Below, piece after piece: positions 28,265-37,394 of a stretch of DNA of 64,000 bases (positions are counted from its first letter, which is position 1; every line of letters begins with the position of its first letter). This DNA comes from an uncultured delta proteobacterium (GTDB lineage Bacteria > Myxococcota_A > Polyangia > Polyangiales > Polyangiaceae). A program made the translations under genes and the position numbers. Location of the stretch: contig CAWAIF010000003.1 of NCBI GenBank assembly GCA_963782055.1, forward strand, positions 2,560,001 to 2,624,000, read 5' to 3'. The notes under the pieces were generated by a model. It did not search any database and was not told the DNA's origin. It saw only the letters and a list, made by a program, of their open reading frames with translations.

Positions 28265-30511
28265 TCAGCTCCAGAGCTCGGCCACGCGTGCCGCCACCGC
28301 GGCGCGTGCCTCGGCGAAGCGCGGATCGTCGCGGATGCTCGCCAGCGCGGGGCACCGGTCCATCCAGAGCAGGTCGGTCTGCGGGATCCGCGTGAACGCC
28401 TCGACGTACGAGAGCGCGCGCTCCGGCTCGCCCAGGGCGGCGTACAGCTCCGCGCCAATCTCGTGCATCATGCAACGATGTCGCGGGGCGACGTCTGGCT
28501 GCACCGTCCAGGCCAGCATGTCGCCCGCCATCGGCGGCAGCTCGCCCTGGACGAAGGCGCGCATGAGCGCGGCGATGCCGTCCCACGCCGCGCCGGCACT
28601 CGCCTGCGTCACCACCTCGGCGATGCGCGCCGCGTCCTCACAATCCTCCAGCCAGATCGCCAGCCGGGAGTCCAGGACCGCGGTGGACAGCGGGCCGGCG
28701 CGCTCGCGTGCCCGCCGCAGGATCTGGCGGGCGGTGTCCACCTCCCCGAGCAGCGCCGCGACTCGCGCGCGCTGGAACGCGATCGTGATCTGCGTGGGGT
28801 CCAGCCGCTCCGCCAGGTCCAGTCGCCGCCGGCCCTCGGCGAGGTGCAGCGACTCGCAGAGGAGCTGGCCCAGCGTCTGGTGGGCCTCCGCGTAGTAGGG
28901 CGCCTGGCGAAGGCACTCCTCCTCCGCGCGCAGGAACGCTCCGAGCTCGCCCGACGCCAGCCGGATGAGGGCCACCACGTGGAGTGCGTCGGCGACGGCA
29001 GGGTCCGCCGCGAGGGCGCGGAGCGCGAGCTCCTCCGCGCGGGAGACCATCGCGGCGTCCCGCGCGCCCATCTGCGCCCAGGCCTCGATCAGCATGCGCG
29101 CGAGCAGGCCGCGCACGCGCGGATCGCCGGGCGCCCGGGCCTCGATGTCCTCGAGCAGCGTCATCCCGCGCCGGATGTCGGGCAGCGAGAATCGCGCGAA
29201 GGCCGCGCGCGCCTGCTCGTACGGCTCGCGCAGGGCGGGGTCGGCGGGGACCGGCACCCGCGCGGTGCGCGCCCGCACCGCCTCGAGCACGGCCTCCACC
29301 ACGCGGTCCTCCAGGTCCAGCGTGTCCGACGCGGCCGCGTCGACGTGCCCGGCCCACACCGGCGCCGCCTTGCGCGCCTCCACCAGCCTGAGCCGCGCGC
29401 GCACGCGTTCCTTCGAGGTGTGCAGCGAGCCCTGGACCGCCATGTCCGCGCTCGCGCCGCCCAGCAGAACCTGCCCCACGCGCGCCTCGGTGAGGCCGCC
29501 CTCGATGGCGCCCTCCAGCATCCGCGCGAGCGGCGCGGACGCCTGGTCGGCGGCGAGCTTCTCGACGGCCACGGTGCGCGGCTGCGCCCACGCGGTGAGC
29601 GACTCCTGCGAGAGCGAGGGCAGCTTCGGCCCCGTCCGACCTTCGCGCGGGGCGTTGCCGCGCAGCGCCTCCACGCGGTCCAGGACGGTCTGCGCGTCGG
29701 GGCGGTCCTCCCGCCGGCGCGCGAGCATGTCGTCGACGAGGCTCGCCACCGACTCCGGCAGCGCGGCGTCGACGTGACGCACGCTGGGTGGGTCCGCCGT
29801 GAGACGCTGCGCGGCGATCGCGATCGCCGAGTCGCCCTGGAACGGCAGGCCCCCGGTCAGCAGCTCGAAGAGCATGGTCCCGAGCGCGTAGACGTCGGTG
29901 CGCCCGTCCACCGCGCGGCTCTCCAGCTGCTCCGGCGCCATGTACGCCGGCGTCCCGACAATCGTCCCGGTGCGCAGCGCGTCGGCGACGCCGTCGGCCG
30001 CGCGCGCGATGCCGAAGTCGGTGATGACCACGCGGTCCTCCGAGAGCATCACGTTCTCCGGCTTGAGATCGCGGTGGACCACGCCCGCGCCGTGCGCGGC
30101 CGCCAGCCCGCGAGCGATCTCCGCCGCGAGCCGGAGGGTCTCAGGGAGCGACGCCCGGCTCCGGCCGAAGTGCGCGGCAAGGGACTGCCCCACGATGAGC
30201 TCCATCGTGAGGAATCGCAGTCCCTCGTGCACGCCGAGGTCGAAGGTGCGCGCCACGTTGCGGTGGGTGACCCGCCGGGCGAGCTTCACCTCCCGCAGGA
30301 AGCGCGAGAGGGCGGCGGGGTCGGTGGCCGCCTCGGCGTGCAGCACCTTGAGCGCCACGTCCTCGTCCAGTTCGCCGTCGTGGGCGCAGAAGACGGTGCC
30401 CATGCCGCCCTCGCCGAGCAAGGCGCGCAGCTCGTAGCGATCGGCGAGGACGGAGCCCAGCCCGAACGGGAGGGCCTGCGTCACGGCGAGCGCTGCGCGG
30501 GTATCGGTCAT
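28265..30511 (-). CDS. Ser/Thr protein kinase with C-terminal TolB-N-like/TPR region
   Basis: [31 protein letters not shown]; helical TPR-like tail. Confidence 0.9.
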   Translation of the reverse strand: MTDTRAALAVTQALPFGLGSVLADRYELRALLGEGGMGTVFCAHDGELDEDVALKVLHAEAATDPAALSRFLREVKLARRVTHRNVARTFDLGVHEGLRFLTMELIVGQSLAAHFGRSRASLPETLRLAAEIARGLAAAHGAGVVHRDLKPENVMLSEDRVVITDFGIARAADGVADALRTGTIVGTPAYMAPEQLESRAVDGRTDVYALGTMLFELLTGGLPFQGDSAIAIAAQRLTADPPSVRHVDAALPESVASLVDDMLARRREDRPDAQTVLDRVEALRGNAPREGRTGPKLPSLSQESLTAWAQPRTVAVEKLAADQASAPLARMLEGAIEGGLTEARVGQVLLGGASADMAVQGSLHTSKERVRARLRLVEARKAAPVWAGHVDAAASDTLDLEDRVVEAVLEAVRARTARVPVPADPALREPYEQARAAFARFSLPDIRRGMTLLEDIEARAPGDPRVRGLLARMLIEAWAQMGARDAAMVSRAEELALRALAADPAVADALHVVALIRLASGELGAFLRAEEECLRQAPYYAEAHQTLGQLLCESLHLAEGRRRLDLAERLDPTQITIAFQRARVAALLGEVDTARQILRRARERAGPLSTAVLDSRLAIWLEDCEDAARIAEVVTQASAGAAWDGIAALMRAFVQGELPPMAGDMLAWTVQPDVAPRHRCMMHEIGAELYAALGEPERALSYVEAFTRIPQTDLLWMDRCPALASIRDDPRFAEARAAVAARVAELWS

Positions 30512-30662
30512 CGCTCCGAGTGTACCCGCTGCCCAGGCTCTTCGGCGCGTCGCCGTGCAGGGCCGTCCCGAAGCAGGCCCTCGCCGCTGCGGCGTCCGGC
30601 CTGCAGGTGGAGGCTGCGCCTCCGGGACCGCCGCCGGCCAGGCCGTGCTATCGCATGTGTCC

Positions 30663-31475
30663 ATGGCAAGCGACGCACCGCTGGGGGTGTTCGACTCCGG
30701 GCTCGGCGGGCTCACCGTCGTGCGCGAGCTGCGCCGCGTGCTGCCCGCGGAGGACATCGTCTACCTCGGCGACACCGCGCGGGTGCCCTACGGCACGCGC
30801 GGGCCGGCCACGGTCGTCAAGTACGCCATGGGCTGCGCGCGCTACCTGGTGAAGCAGCGCGTGAAGGGCATCGTCATCGCGTGCAACACGGTGAGCGCCG
30901 TCGCGCCGGAGCGGCTGCGCGTCGAGCTGGATCTACCGGTCCTGCCCGTCATCGAGCCCGGGGCGCGCGCGGCCGTCGCCGCGACGCGCGCCGGTCGGGT
31001 GGGCGTGCTCGCCACCGCGGCGACGATCGCCTCGGGCGCCTACACCCGTGCCGTCGCCACCATGTCCACGCGGTGCGAGGTCGTCGGCCAGCCCGCGCCG
31101 CTGCTGGTGCCGCTCGCGGAGGAGGGGTGGACGGAAGGGGAGGTGCCGCGCCTCGCCGCGCGCCGCTACCTCGAGCCGCTCGCCCGCGCCAACGTGGACG
31201 TCATCGTGCTCGGCTGCACCCACTACCCGCTGCTGCGCGAGGTGATCGAGCACGAGGCACACGATCTCATGGGACCGGACGTGCGGATCGTCGACAGCGC
31301 GGCCGCGGTCGCCCAGGACGTCCACGCCTTCCTGCACGGCCGGGGTCTGGCGCGCGAGTCGACGGCGGCCGGGCGGCTCCACCTGGCGGTGACCGACATC
31401 CCCAAGACCTTCGCGGAGGTGGCGCGCCGCTTTTTGGGGCAGGACGCACGGGACGTGGAGCAGGTCGACCTCTAG
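30663..31475 (+). CDS. murI: Glutamate racemase
   Basis: GVFDSGLGGLTV, DTARVPYG, IACNT, LGCTHYP. Confidence 0.96.
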   Translation: MASDAPLGVFDSGLGGLTVVRELRRVLPAEDIVYLGDTARVPYGTRGPATVVKYAMGCARYLVKQRVKGIVIACNTVSAVAPERLRVELDLPVLPVIEPGARAAVAATRAGRVGVLATAATIASGAYTRAVATMSTRCEVVGQPAPLLVPLAEEGWTEGEVPRLAARRYLEPLARANVDVIVLGCTHYPLLREVIEHEAHDLMGPDVRIVDSAAAVAQDVHAFLHGRGLARESTAAGRLHLAVTDIPKTFAEVARRFLGQDARDVEQVDL

Positions 31476-32140
31476 CGCTGCGGCGATCGGTTCGGGACGT
31501 AGCGCACCGCGCCGTGCTCGCTCTCCACCAGATTGCCGCCCTTGCGCTCCACGCGGACCAGGCGCTGGTTGCCGTGGCGGTCGCCGCGGGGGGCCACGAG
31601 CACGCCACCCTCCGGCAGCGCATCGAGCCACTCCGACGGGATCTCGGCCACCGCGAAGGTGCACGTGATCCGGCTGGCGTCGCCCCAGAGCATGGGGCTC
31701 TCCACCGCGTCGGCGCAGAAGACGTGGACGTTGGGCAGGTCGGCGAGGAGCCGCTTCGCCGTCGCCGCGAGGTCCGCGTCGATCTCGAAGGTGCGCACGC
31801 TGCCGCGCGGGCCGACAATCGCCGCGGCGAGGGCCGCGCCGTAGCCGGTGCCGCTTCCCAGCTCCACCACGCGGTCGCCGGGTCGCAGGTCGAGCAGCCG
31901 GAAGCTGAGCAGGTAGGCGTGCGGCGCGCTGATGGTGGAGCGCCCGGCGTCGTCGAGCGGAAGCGGCCTGTCGAGGTGCGCGCTCGTGCGATCGGCGGGC
32001 CGCACGAAGTGCTCCCTCGGGACCGCCACGAAGGCGTCGAGGTGGCTGCGCTCGAAGGGGCCGAGGCGCTGGTCAATCTCCTGCGCCAGCCTGGCGCGAA
32101 GCTCGACCTGCCACGGATCGTCAGAAGCTCGCCTGGCCAT
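31472..32140 (-). CDS. pcm: Protein-L-isoaspartate O-methyltransferase family
   Basis: VPREHFV, STISAPH, VVELGSGTGY. Confidence 0.8.
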   Translation of the reverse strand: MARRASDDPWQVELRARLAQEIDQRLGPFERSHLDAFVAVPREHFVRPADRTSAHLDRPLPLDDAGRSTISAPHAYLLSFRLLDLRPGDRVVELGSGTGYGAALAAAIVGPRGSVRTFEIDADLAATAKRLLADLPNVHVFCADAVESPMLWGDASRITCTFAVAEIPSEWLDALPEGGVLVAPRGDRHGNQRLVRVERKGGNLVESEHGAVRYVPNRSPQR

Positions 32141-32876
32141 TGGCGCAGAAGTCCTCCGGAGCCTGCGCGTAGTGGCCCTGGGCGAAGGCCTCGAGCGTCG
32201 GCAGGTCAACGCAGGCGGCCGTGTACGTCCAACCCCAGGCGGACGCCGCCACGGGAGTGGGGATGAGCGGATCGGGCGTCAGGACGTAGCGGACGCGCAC
32301 GCCCGCCTCCGGATCGCAGAGCGGGTCGTCAGGGATGGATTGCATCGCCGCGCGAAGCCCCGCGACGAGCGAGTCGCAGGTCATCGCCCCGGCGTCCCCG
32401 CCGTCCTGCGCCGCGGCGTCTCCGGCGTCGCCGCCCTCCGGCGAGGCGTCGGGGGCGCCGGCGTCCAGCAGGTCGCAGTTGTAGAGCAGCACGACCGCGC
32501 CGTGCTCCAGGTCGTGGACGTAGTAGCGCCGGTCCACCGGGGTGGCGTACTCCTGGAACGCGGCCCAGACGGGGTAGTGCGGGCCGCTGGAGGGCGGGTT
32601 GGACCCGTACGTCACCGGCGTGCCGATCGGCACGTGCGGGCTGTCCTCGATCGTCGGCGACGCGATCGTCACGAGGCAGGACGCGTCGGGGTGCACCGGC
32701 GCGTCGAGGCGGGCGTCGCCGCCGGCGGCGTCGTTGCGGGGCGGATGGACGTCGGCGTCCGATTGAAGATTGGGAGGCGAGGTCGTGCCGCCGCACGCGC
32801 CGAACACCACGAGCGCCGGCGCGGCCGTCATCGCGGCGAAGAGAGCCGCCCGCGAGAGGTGAGCCGCCGGTCGCAC
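32121..32876 (-). CDS. DUF3105-domain lipoprotein
   Basis: FGAC lipobox; YGSNPPSSGPHY, VHDLEHGAVVLLYNC, ASAWG; GTG start preceded by TACACT-N7. Confidence 0.8.
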   Translation of the reverse strand: MRPAAHLSRAALFAAMTAAPALVVFGACGGTTSPPNLQSDADVHPPRNDAAGGDARLDAPVHPDASCLVTIASPTIEDSPHVPIGTPVTYGSNPPSSGPHYPVWAAFQEYATPVDRRYYVHDLEHGAVVLLYNCDLLDAGAPDASPEGGDAGDAAAQDGGDAGAMTCDSLVAGLRAAMQSIPDDPLCDPEAGVRVRYVLTPDPLIPTPVAASAWGWTYTAACVDLPTLEAFAQGHYAQAPEDFCANGQASF

Positions 32877-33048
32877 GCCGCGGAGTGTAGCGCAGGCGTC
32901 GCCGCTGCCGAAGCGCGGAGGTGGCCCGCCGCCGCAAGGGGACGCGTCGGGTCCGCACGCGCTGCACGTCGCAGACGCGCGGCGGCGCGCTCGCGCCTCT
33001 TCCTCCGCGCCGGCACGCGCGATGCAGCCCCCTCGCCAGGAGGTCGTC

Positions 33049-33561
33049 ATGTCTCGTACGCTCGTCGTCTACTACTCCCGCACCGGCACGACGGCTCGGG
33101 TCGCGGCACAGCTCGCCGCCCTTCTCGACGCCGACATCGACGTCATCACCGAGCGCCGGTCGCGGCGCGGCCTGCGCGGGTTCTTGCGCAGCGGACTGGA
33201 GGCGAGCACACAGCGCGCTCCGGTCCTGGGCGCGCCGCTTCGCAACCCCTCGGACTACGACATGGTGGTGGTCGGCTCGCCCACGTGGGCCGCGTCGGTG
33301 TGCAGCCCGGTTCGGGCGTACCTGAAGGCCTACGGGCCGCGCGTGGGCGCGGCCGCGTTCTTCTCGACGTGCGGCGGCCGAGGCGGGGAGCGTGCCCTCG
33401 CGCAGATGGAGAAGCTGTGGCGGAAGAAGCCGGCGGCCACGCTCGCGCTGGTGCAGGCGCAGGTGGACGTGGGCGACTGCGAGGACGCCCTGCGGTCCTT
33501 CGCCGACCAGGTCGCCTCCGCCGCGGCGCCTCGCGTCTCCGGGATCCCCCGCGCGGCCTGA
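33049..33561 (+). CDS. Flavodoxin family protein
   Basis: VVYYSRTGTT FMN-binding loop, VGSPTW, FSTCGG; RBS AGGAGG. Confidence 0.85.
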   Translation: MSRTLVVYYSRTGTTARVAAQLAALLDADIDVITERRSRRGLRGFLRSGLEASTQRAPVLGAPLRNPSDYDMVVVGSPTWAASVCSPVRAYLKAYGPRVGAAAFFSTCGGRGGERALAQMEKLWRKKPAATLALVQAQVDVGDCEDALRSFADQVASAAAPRVSGIPRAA

Positions 33562-33566
33562 GCCGT

Positions 33567-34499
33567 TCAGCCTTCCGGTTCGTGCCTGGCGTGCTGCCCG
33601 GGTGGCGCCGCCCTGGAGGCGGAGTCGCGGGTGCGCACGCCCTCCAGCTGCGCGTTGACCTCCGCGCCGAGCAGCACGGCCAGGCTGGTGAGGTACAGCC
33701 ACACGAGCAGCGTCGCGATCGCCGCCGCGCTGCCGTAAAAGAGCGCGTAGTGCCCGAGCGTCAGGGCGTACCGGCCGAAGGCCCACGAGACCACGAGCGT
33801 CGAGAGCACGGCCGTGAACGCGCCCGGCCACGCGCGGCGCACGACCCCGATGGGGTGCACGACGGCGAAGCGGTAGAGCAACGCCAGGCCCGCGGTGACC
33901 ACCGCGCCCAGCACGGTGAGCAGGCCCCAGCGCTCCCACACCGGGCGAGCGACGTGGAGACGCTCGGTGATGTCGCCCGGGAAGAGCCACCCGTCTATCG
34001 CCAGGCAGGCCCATAGTGTCAGGACCAGCGCGACCATCATCCCCAGCACCCAGCCGAGGGCGATGGCGCGTCGCGCCCACCAGGAGCGCCGCCTGGTGCC
34101 GAGCGCGAGCTCGAAGGTGCTGACGAGGCTCGCGGCGCCTGTGGACGCCAGGTAGAGGAAGCCTGCGATCGAGAGCGGCGCGACGGTGGCCGAGGTGCCG
34201 GCCAGCCGATCCAGCTCGTCGCGCACGATGTCGTGGGCGAACGGGGCGAGCTGCGAGAGCGGCCCGAGGAACGCCGACACCCCCTGCGCGCGCACGAAGT
34301 GGCCCAGCAGTGCGCCCATCATCACGAGCAGGGGGATGAAGCTCAGGAAGAAGTTGAAGGCCATGGCAGAGGCGGCCAGAAAGGCCGAGTGGTCGGAGAG
34401 CCCCTCCGCCAGGCGCAGCACGAACCCCAGCCTGGGGAGCTGCACCGCGGCGCGCCACCGCGTACGGACGAGCTCCCTCAGGCGTGCGGCCGCGACCAT
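33567..34499 (-). CDS. YihY/BrkB family membrane protein
   Basis: ASAMAFNFFLSFIP, WPGA, YGSAAAIATLLVWLY...LLGAEVNA. Confidence 0.9.
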   Translation of the reverse strand: MVAAARLRELVRTRWRAAVQLPRLGFVLRLAEGLSDHSAFLAASAMAFNFFLSFIPLLVMMGALLGHFVRAQGVSAFLGPLSQLAPFAHDIVRDELDRLAGTSATVAPLSIAGFLYLASTGAASLVSTFELALGTRRRSWWARRAIALGWVLGMMVALVLTLWACLAIDGWLFPGDITERLHVARPVWERWGLLTVLGAVVTAGLALLYRFAVVHPIGVVRRAWPGAFTAVLSTLVVSWAFGRYALTLGHYALFYGSAAAIATLLVWLYLTSLAVLLGAEVNAQLEGVRTRDSASRAAPPGQHARHEPEG

Positions 34500-34687
34500 C
34501 GCCAGAGGTCACCACGCGTGTCGCGCGGCGTCAAAGATGCCGAGCCAGGGAGCGCGGGACCTGCGCGTGGGGCGCGTGGAGGTGCACCTCCCACAAAAGA
34601 TCGCGCACCGCGTGCGCTCCCACGCAACTTCCGTCAGAGTGATCGGAGCGGCACGAGCGCAGATGCCGCGACGCCGCAGCAACCTCG

Positions 34688-35563
34688 ATGCCCGTATCGC
34701 GCACTACCCTCGCCGCCACCATCCTCGCCTCGTCCACGCTCTTCGCGTGCGGGCACGCGCCGCCGCCTCCGGCGACCGCGCAGGCCGTCCGCACCGCCAC
34801 ACGAAGCGTGCTCGCCGTGGCCACCCGGCACGACGACGGCAGCATGTCGCTGTGCAGCGGGACGCTGGTCGCCTCCAACCTGGTGCTCACCGCGCGGCAC
34901 TGCGTGTCCAACGCCTTCACCGCCACCCCGGCGTGCGACGCCCACGGCGCCTCGCACAACGGCGTCCACTTCGGCGCCGACGCGGACCCGGCGGACGTGG
35001 GCCTCTACGCAGGCCCGCACGTGGACGTGGGCGAGGACGCGCCGCTCGCCTTCGCGGCCAAGCTCATTCACCCGAGCACCACCATCCTCTGCGACGCCGA
35101 TGTCGCCTTCATCGTGCTCGACCGCCCCCTGCACAACGTGACCGTGCTGCCGATGCGACTGGAGCGCAGCATCGCGGAGGGCGAGTACGTGGTGCCCATC
35201 GGCTTCGGCGGCGGCACGACGGGGGACATCGGCACGCGGGTGGAGCGCGCGCCCAGCCAGGTGCTCGCGGTGGGCCCCGGCCGGGACGGCTCCACCGGCG
35301 CGGTGCTGGGCCCGCGCGAGTTCGAGGTGAACGAGCCGACGTGCAAGGGCGACTCCGGCGGCCCGGCGCTGGACGTCGCGACGGGCGAGGTGGTCGGCGT
35401 CGTCTCGCGCGGGCGGAGCTGCTGGACGGAGGGCAACCACGTCTACACCCGCGTGGACGCCTACGCGCGCCTGGCCAGGCAGGCCCTGCGGGCCGCGCGC
35501 GAGGAAGCGCAGGTCAAGGTCGCGTCGCGCACGACGTTCTACTCCGCGACCGCCTCCCCCTGA
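34688..35563 (+). CDS. Trypsin-like (S1) serine protease, lipoprotein
   Basis: LFAC lipobox; CSGTLV, LTARHC, DVA, CKGDSGGP. Confidence 0.9.
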   Translation: MPVSRTTLAATILASSTLFACGHAPPPPATAQAVRTATRSVLAVATRHDDGSMSLCSGTLVASNLVLTARHCVSNAFTATPACDAHGASHNGVHFGADADPADVGLYAGPHVDVGEDAPLAFAAKLIHPSTTILCDADVAFIVLDRPLHNVTVLPMRLERSIAEGEYVVPIGFGGGTTGDIGTRVERAPSQVLAVGPGRDGSTGAVLGPREFEVNEPTCKGDSGGPALDVATGEVVGVVSRGRSCWTEGNHVYTRVDAYARLARQALRAAREEAQVKVASRTTFYSATASP

Positions 35564-35584
35564 CCGCGGGCCGCGGAGGGCGCC

Positions 35585-36484
35585 TCACTTCTTCCCGGGC
35601 AAGGCGAGCCCGAGCTCCTTCATGACCTGCTGCAGGTCCTCCCACGCCTCCCGCTTGGCCTGCTGCTGCTGGGGGCTCGCCCGGAGCAGGTAGGACGGGT
35701 GGTAGGTGGGCATCAGCAGGGTCTTGCCGCGGAACAGCTTCCACTGCCCGCGCATCTTGGTGATGCCCATGCTGGTGCCGAGCAGGGAGCCGACGGCGGT
35801 GTTGCCCAGCGCGACGATCACCTTCGGCTGCACGTTGGCGAGCTGCTCGTGCAGGTACGGGATGCAGGTGCTCGTCTCCTCCGGCGTGGGGCGGCGGTTG
35901 CCAGGCGGCCGGCACTTGATGATGTTGCAGACGTAGACGTCCTTGTCTGGCGAGAGGCCCATCGCCTGGATCATCTTGTCCAGGAGCTGGCCGGCCCTGC
36001 CGACGAAGGGCACCCCCTGCGCGTCCTCGTCGGCGCCCGGCGCCTCGCCGATGAAGCAGAGCTTCGCCTCCGGGTTGCCGCGGGAGAAGACGGTGTTGGT
36101 GCGGGTCTTGGCGAGACCGCACCGGGTGCAGGAGGCGACGGCCTCGCGCAGCACGTCCAGCGAGCGCGGGGGCGGCGCGGGCGCGGCGGGCGCGATCGGG
36201 GCGGCGGCGCGCGCGGGCGCGGCCTCCGGAAACATCTCGGGGAGCACGACCGGCGCGGCCTGCGCGGCCAGCGCGGCGGGCGGGGGCGGAGCCGCGGGCG
36301 CGGGGGCCGTGACCGCAGCGGGGGCGTGGACAGCCGGGGCCGGGCCGGCCTCGCGAGGCGCCTTCGCCCGCCGAGCGCCGCGCGGAATCCCGGTGGAGCC
36401 GGAGTCCTGTTGCACCTCCAGGTACGCCCGCAGCGACGCGGCGATTCCTGCGAGCTCCTGGCGTGCGTCACTCACGTCGACCAT
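35585..36484 (-). CDS. Uracil-DNA glycosylase, family 4 (Fe-S)
   Basis: CTRCGL, IGEAPG, PFVGRAG, KCRPPGNR, TYHPSY. Confidence 0.93.
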   Translation of the reverse strand: MVDVSDARQELAGIAASLRAYLEVQQDSGSTGIPRGARRAKAPREAGPAPAVHAPAAVTAPAPAAPPPPAALAAQAAPVVLPEMFPEAAPARAAAPIAPAAPAPPPRSLDVLREAVASCTRCGLAKTRTNTVFSRGNPEAKLCFIGEAPGADEDAQGVPFVGRAGQLLDKMIQAMGLSPDKDVYVCNIIKCRPPGNRRPTPEETSTCIPYLHEQLANVQPKVIVALGNTAVGSLLGTSMGITKMRGQWKLFRGKTLLMPTYHPSYLLRASPQQQQAKREAWEDLQQVMKELGLALPGKK

Positions 36485-36530
36485 GGCAACGTCTTAGGCG
36501 CGCCGCGCCGCCCCCGCAACGCCCCCTCTT

Positions 36531-36585
36531 CCCCCCTCTCCCCTCGTAGGGAGAGAAGGCCGGGGGGGTGGGTGAGGGGGTGAGG
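36531..36585 (-). repeat. REP-like palindromic element, copy 1
   Basis: CTCTCCC...GGGAGAG hairpin plus GGGGTGAGG tail, directly after the gpx stop. Confidence 0.65.
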
Positions 36586-37275
36586 TCACTTCGCGAGGGC
36601 GGCCTCGATGTCGCCGGTCACCTGGGCCGAGTCCGGCTGGACGGGAGAGTCGTAGCGGGCGATGAGCTCGCCGTCGCGGCCCAGCAGGAACTTGTTGAAG
36701 TTCCACGTGATGTCCCCCGCGCCGCCCGGCTGCGCCTTGAGCCAGGTGTAGATGGGGTTCTCGTCCGGCGCGTTCACGTCGCTCTTGGTGAACATCGGAA
36801 AGGTGATGCCGTACTGCTGGGTGCAGAAGGTGCTGATGTCCTGATCGCTCCCGGGCTCCTGCCCGCCGAACTGGTTGCACGGGAAGCCCAGGATGGTGAA
36901 GCCCTGCGAAGCGTACTTCTCGTAGACGGCCTCCAGCGGCGTGTACTCGGGGGTGTAGCCGCACTTGGACGCCACGTTGACCACCAGGATGACGTCGCCA
37001 CGGAACTCGCACATCGAGACCACGCGGCTCTGCCCGAGGTCGGGCGAGGAGAGCTCGAAGAAGCTCCCCGGCGCGGCCGCCGGATCGCACGTGAACGCGG
37101 CGTCCGGCGCGCCGGCGTCGTAGCCGGGGTTGGAGGCGGCCGCGTCCTTGGTCTGCGCCGCGCCGGCGTCGTCACCGGCGGGCGGCGCTCCCCCCGGGTC
37201 GGGCGGCGTCGAGGAGGAACACGCGCTGGCGAGCGCGAGCAGGGAGCAGAGGGCGAGCGCGGAGACGAGCTTCAT
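36586..37275 (-). CDS. Glutathione peroxidase family lipoprotein
   Basis: LASAC lipobox; VNVASKCGYT, GFPCNQFGGQEPG, WNFNKFL. Confidence 0.93.
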   Translation of the reverse strand: MKLVSALALCSLLALASACSSSTPPDPGGAPPAGDDAGAAQTKDAAASNPGYDAGAPDAAFTCDPAAAPGSFFELSSPDLGQSRVVSMCEFRGDVILVVNVASKCGYTPEYTPLEAVYEKYASQGFTILGFPCNQFGGQEPGSDQDISTFCTQQYGITFPMFTKSDVNAPDENPIYTWLKAQPGGAGDITWNFNKFLLGRDGELIARYDSPVQPDSAQVTGDIEAALAK

Positions 37276-37348
37276 GACGGCACCTGCGTCCATCCTACGC
37301 CTCAGCCGCACCTCGCACAAACCCCGCAGGCCCACGGCCGCGTCACTC

Positions 37349-37393
37349 GCCCCCTCTCCCTCTCAGGGAGAGGGGGCTGGGGGGGGGGTGAGG
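37349..37393 (-). repeat. REP-like palindromic element, copy 2
   Basis: Perfect 13-bp IR GCCCCCTCTCCCT/AGGGAGAGGGGGC plus GGGGTGAGG tail, directly after the ALDH stop. Confidence 0.7.
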
Positions 37394-37394
37394 C

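Noticed and set aside
26717..32266. 1849-aa ORF and many other long alternative-frame or antisense ORFs (e.g. 3865-7392 minus, 42715-46185 plus)
   Set aside because: Shadow ORFs, many of them Arg/Gly/Ala/Pro-rich, expected at this GC content; they overlap well-supported genes and show no family motifs
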